Shown: in pieces, positions 59,570 through 64,000 of the stretch
Position numbering within the stretch: the first letter of the stretch is position 1
Layout: each line of letters begins with the position of its first letter
Source of the DNA: Mytilus californianus
Lineage: Eukaryota
NCBI RefSeq assembly: GCF_021869535.1
Contig: NW_026262581.1
Span: 112,654,001 to 112,718,000 of the forward strand
Length of the DNA stretch: 64,000 nt
Direction of reading: 5' to 3'
Position numbers and translations under genes: made by a program
Notes under the pieces: generated by a model
What the model saw: only the letters and a program-made list of their open reading frames with translations
What the model was told of the DNA's origin: nothing
Databases searched by the model: none

Positions 59570-60535
59570 ATCTCGTACCACTGTAAACTCGTACCAATGT
59601 CAACTCGTACCACTAAGAAAAAACTCGTACCAATGCAAACTCGTACCACTGCTAACTCGTACCATGGTAAATTCATACCATTGTAAACTCGTACCAACTT
59701 ATTTAAACGCATTCAAATGGTGTTTAATGATGAATATATACTTTAATTTCACTCAATACCTCTTAAATCTGTAAAATGTATATAATTAGAAATTACAATG
59801 ACCAATTTGTTTTGATAATCAGGAATTTCATTTAATAATAAACATTATACATTTAATTCCAAGCTGTTAAATTATATAACAACAATCAAATTTTAATAAT
59901 ATGATTAAACAAGTTGATTAGTTTATAATCAACCAATTATCACACAATCAAAGGAATTTAATATATTAATTAGCATGGTGATTAAGAAATTACATTCGTA
60001 TATTTGTCTAAGTTTTCATTAAAATCTGGTATAAAATTCCAAGATATTTCAATTTTTTGTATGAATCTTAAAAAAAATAATCATAAAACATTCGTATTTT
60101 TGTCTAAGTTTTCATTAAAATCTAGTAAAAAAATTCAAGTAATTCAACTTTTTTTTATTAAGTTTACCAAAAAAAAAATCATAAAACATTCGTATTTTTG
60201 TCTAAGTTTTCATTAAAATCTAGTAAAAAAATTCAAGTAATTCAACTTTTTTTTATTAAGTTTACCAAAAAAAAATCAAAAAACATTCGTATTTTTGTCT
60301 AAGTTTTCATTAAAATCTAGTATAAAATTCAAGTAATTCAACTTTTTTTTATTAAGTTTACCAAAAAAAAAATCATTAAACATTCGTATTTTTGTCTAAG
60401 TTTTCATTAAAATCTAGTATAAAATTCTGATTGGTACGACTTTCCAGTGGTACGAGTTTACGTTCGTACGAGTTAACTTTTTTGGTACGAGTTTACGTGG
60501 TACGAGTTTACAATGGTACGAGTTAACTTGCTTCC
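59570..60535. mobile_element. Foldback-like element: inverted arrays of AACTCGTACCA modules enclosing a 97-bp tandem repeat
   Basis: Left arm (AACTCGTACCA)n at 59570-59700; right arm (TGGTACGAGTT)n at 60431-60535; CATTCGTAT units at 59993, 60089, 60187, 60284 and 60381. Confidence 0.65.
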
Positions 60536-63436
60536 AATTAACTCCCCATTACGCCACCTAATTTTTTCAATCGTAAAAAGGAAGGCCATTGTAGGGATGA
60601 TGGACGGCCGATTTAGCACTTGAAAACCGATATACTTATCCACATAGCATCATTACGACCCTTATATTCCAGTTGTATTTTAAAAGACAAATGTATCTTA
60701 CATTTGTACTAGCTATTAACATGATTAAGCATCGTTTAATGTACTTTTAGGCATTTAGTCATTTAATTAATATTGTCTTTTTGATTGTCAGCGGGAATTT
60801 TCAAAAGTTAAAAAAAAAAAATCTAATATATTTCGTGGAAGGGCACACTAAAAGTTTTCAGAGGTTGAAGAGGAATTACCCTAGATAATACGCACAAAAA
60901 ATGGATGTTTTCTGAAGTTTTGAATTTTTAAGATCCACTTGTAAAGTCTGTCGTCTACGGTTTTCAGTAAAAAAAAATTATTCAAACACACCTACTTTGT
61001 TGTTATGACTCGTTAGAAAGGTATTTCACTTAATCCATATATTTCAATTTTTAGTACTGTGAGTTTTCAATGTTATTATATCAACCTGTACAGTAGCTTA
61101 TATATGTGAAAATAATAGAATCTGAAGCAAGATGATGTATCAAATATTTTTTATTTATATGTTTTCAAGGCAAAATTGTCGTCTCATACACATGTGTACA
61201 TACAAAGGTATACTTGCCTTTCTCTTTTCGATGAAATACAGTTGTGTAATTGCCAATTTCTAGGATTTTTTCCAAAAAAAATGTCTCCGGGGGCAGAGAT
61301 GCAAGTTAATGCTTTATAAAGATCAATCTTTTAACTTTCTGTGGAATTTAAAAGTTTACAAATATCTTGAAGATCCATACTATAATTTAAGTAAAAACCG
61401 TGTATATAAGATGCATAAAATCCTAACTTATGCACCTACATTAAACTTTCAAAGCCCAGAGAAACAGAATTAAACAATTGAAATATACCAACTTGGCCAT
61501 TTTTACCTTCTCTAATAAAGAGTTCAATTTCTTTTGTTTAATTTCAACTGGATATCAGCCTGTGTTGAAGAATGTTTTGTTCATACATTTCTCAAGTTTG
61601 TTTGAGTTATTTTTAACACATAGAGCAAGTCACAAAAAACACACTTACCAGATGGTCATCAAAATGACACTCAAGATGTAACATTTCCTGTCTAAATACC
61701 CATAAAACACGTAAAAGGCTAAACAAATTAAAACAATACATATTCTTGCTCAACGATATTTATTTATGAAATCAGGGCAGAATGACTGGTTGCAAATGGG
61801 AATAGGGGCAAAACAACCCAGATTCACTTTGGGCTATTTTAACTTGATTGAGATATGAAATCCCCCCACCCACCTCGAAGAAAATTTAAGTTTCTGCTTA
61901 AATTTTTGGATGTGCAGTCTAAAACTCCACATGCTTAAAAAAAACATAGTCAAGATTGTTTCTGTGTACAAAATTTTTGGAACTTTTAGGGAATTATAGG
62001 AAGATTTAATTGGAAAATTTCATTCAACAGTACTTCCTTATTGTGTTTGTAAAGCTTCAAAATGCACTCCCAAATGCAAAGCAAGAAACAGGAATTTCAT
62101 TGAAAAATTGCCAAGGGAAATAATTTTGCATAGCCAGATCAAGCTATATTAACTCAAACTTAAGATAAACACATTTTGATTAACCCTTTTTGTCTTGTTA
62201 AAAGCTGGTAAAGATGGGAATTTAAAGAAAGGGCTGAAGAGATGGAGGAATCATTATTTCCCCCCTAAGTTGTGGAGGTTCAAGGATGTTCCCTTCAGGT
62301 CCATTCACCCACTAAAAAAAAGTCACATCACCCTGAATTAAATATGTTCAAGATTTAAAAAAAAATAATTTCTTTTTCATAAATAATTAAGATCATAATT
62401 AGGCCAATTAAAATTAATTGATAGATTTTCATCCCCGCCCGCCCCTCTGAAATTGTTCCGCCCCAATTTTTTTTATTTTTAAAAATTTACAATTTCTGGA
62501 TTTTGTTCATTTCCGTTACTGGTAACCGCCGATAATTTCGTTTCATTCAAAACTTCCTGTTTCAAATTTCGGTTTTTGTATTTCTTCGAGTAATATAAGT
62601 CGACATATTCTTCTGCTCAATGATGTCAGATGATAACATTATCTTCTGAGAATATAGATTGATTACTAGAAGGGCATGGAATATTCGGGTTACGAATAAT
62701 AGGCAATGTCCAAGAAAGCTAATCGTGGTATGTCACAAATTTCAGTGAATGAAAAACCGTGGATTTTTTGGAATATTTATACAATGACTTTATGTTAGGA
62801 AATTTGGACTGTGAATGATAACCAAAGCGTGAAAATCACAGAACACATTGGTACAAAAACATACCTGGAATAAAGTAATTGACACAAGCACGAATTTGTG
62901 CGATTTATGGGCGTTTATTGAGTACAAAGAGTCGGCCAACGTACAAAATGTATTATAGCAAGCCCTTAGATTTACCCCAGTGAAGGCTGTTGTTTTTGTT
63001 GACAAACAGCAAACACCCTTTGTCCCCAGCCCCTCAATAGAGTCATTAAACAACTTCTTCCTTTTGGTTCAGTTCATGTTTTACATTGTAATTATATTTG
63101 CACCTTGCATACACATGTAAGAATCTTAAAAGCATGAACCCTAGTATTTTCAACACAGTTTGAGTTTTCATTTCACTCTGTACTCATAATATTTGTGTTG
63201 CATACCAATGCATATGCTTCCTTTTATGGGCACTACAAATCATAACTTAGAGAGCAAAATAAATTTGATCTAGGTAAGTGTAAAAGAGAACATTTCTCCA
63301 CGATTTTGCTATTTACTAAAAATAGGTTTCTAAAGCGGCAATTACATGTAGAGCAGTGTTTGCCAATCAGAAATATTAGATTAAGAATTTGAAAAATAAT
63401 GTAGAATTCCTTATATATACATGATATAAGCTTGTT

Positions 63437-64000
63437 ATTACCCTTGTGTGTGACTTTTTATGCAATAATCATAAATAGTTTCTGACATTCTCTAAAATAA
63501 AATTTTGAATCAAAACCAAAAAGTATACAGATCCTTAGATTAATATAACTAAGAAGTGTGTAAAATTTTAAGCAATAATCATAAATCGTTTTTGAGATAC
63601 GGCGCGACATGTGAAAACCCCCCTTTTTAAAAAAAAAAACCAATATCTCAAAAATAAAATTTTGAATCAAAACCAAAATGTATACAGATCTTTAGATTAA
63701 TATAACTAAGAAGTGTGTAAAATTTTAAGCAATAATCATAAACTGTTTTCGAGATACAGGACGACATGTGAAAAACCCCTCCCCCTTTTTTAACAAAATA
63801 CTCAATATCTCTAAAATAAAATTTTGAATCATCACCAAAAAGTATACAGATCTTAAGATTAATATAACTAAGAAGTGTGTAAAGTTTTAAGCAATAATCA
63901 TAAATTGTTTTTGAGATACAGTGCGACATGTGAAAAAAAACACACACCTGTTTTAGTTACTAAGTCCCGTAACTCAAAAAGTTTTAATCTTATTTTCACC
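63437..64000. repeat. Tandem array of about 160 bp, HINE-like, running off the right edge
   Basis: TATACAGATC at about 63522, 63681 and 63843. Confidence 0.8.

Overview
AT-rich, intron-containing eukaryotic genomic DNA. The repeat families suggest a bivalve, probably Mytilus-like; this is an inference from memory, not a database hit. Three protein-coding genes were reconstructed by hand from GT-AG sites and reading phase: (1) the first coding exon of CDK20/CCRK (minus strand, 206-280, continuing off the left edge); (2) an unidentified, roughly 1495-aa low-complexity gene on the plus strand (12 coding exons, 8231-37948) with 14-aa and 16-aa coding tandem repeats; (3) a complete 13-exon, 611-aa DALRD3 (minus strand, 58061-40052). 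The remainder is dominated by mobile DNA. The largest element is a degenerate DIRS1-type tyrosine-recombinase retroelement (18799-26590) with both ITRs and an intact internal complementary region; it contains a MITE and a LINE, and the LINE contains a further element. About ten Helentron-derived (HINE-like) elements carry internal tandem arrays with 122-166 bp units. Also present are two tRNA-derived SINEs, LINE and Penelope-like fragments, broken hammerhead-like motifs, and a 43-bp intronic repeat that copies the end of the preceding exon. No CRISPR, rRNA or true tRNA gene was seen.
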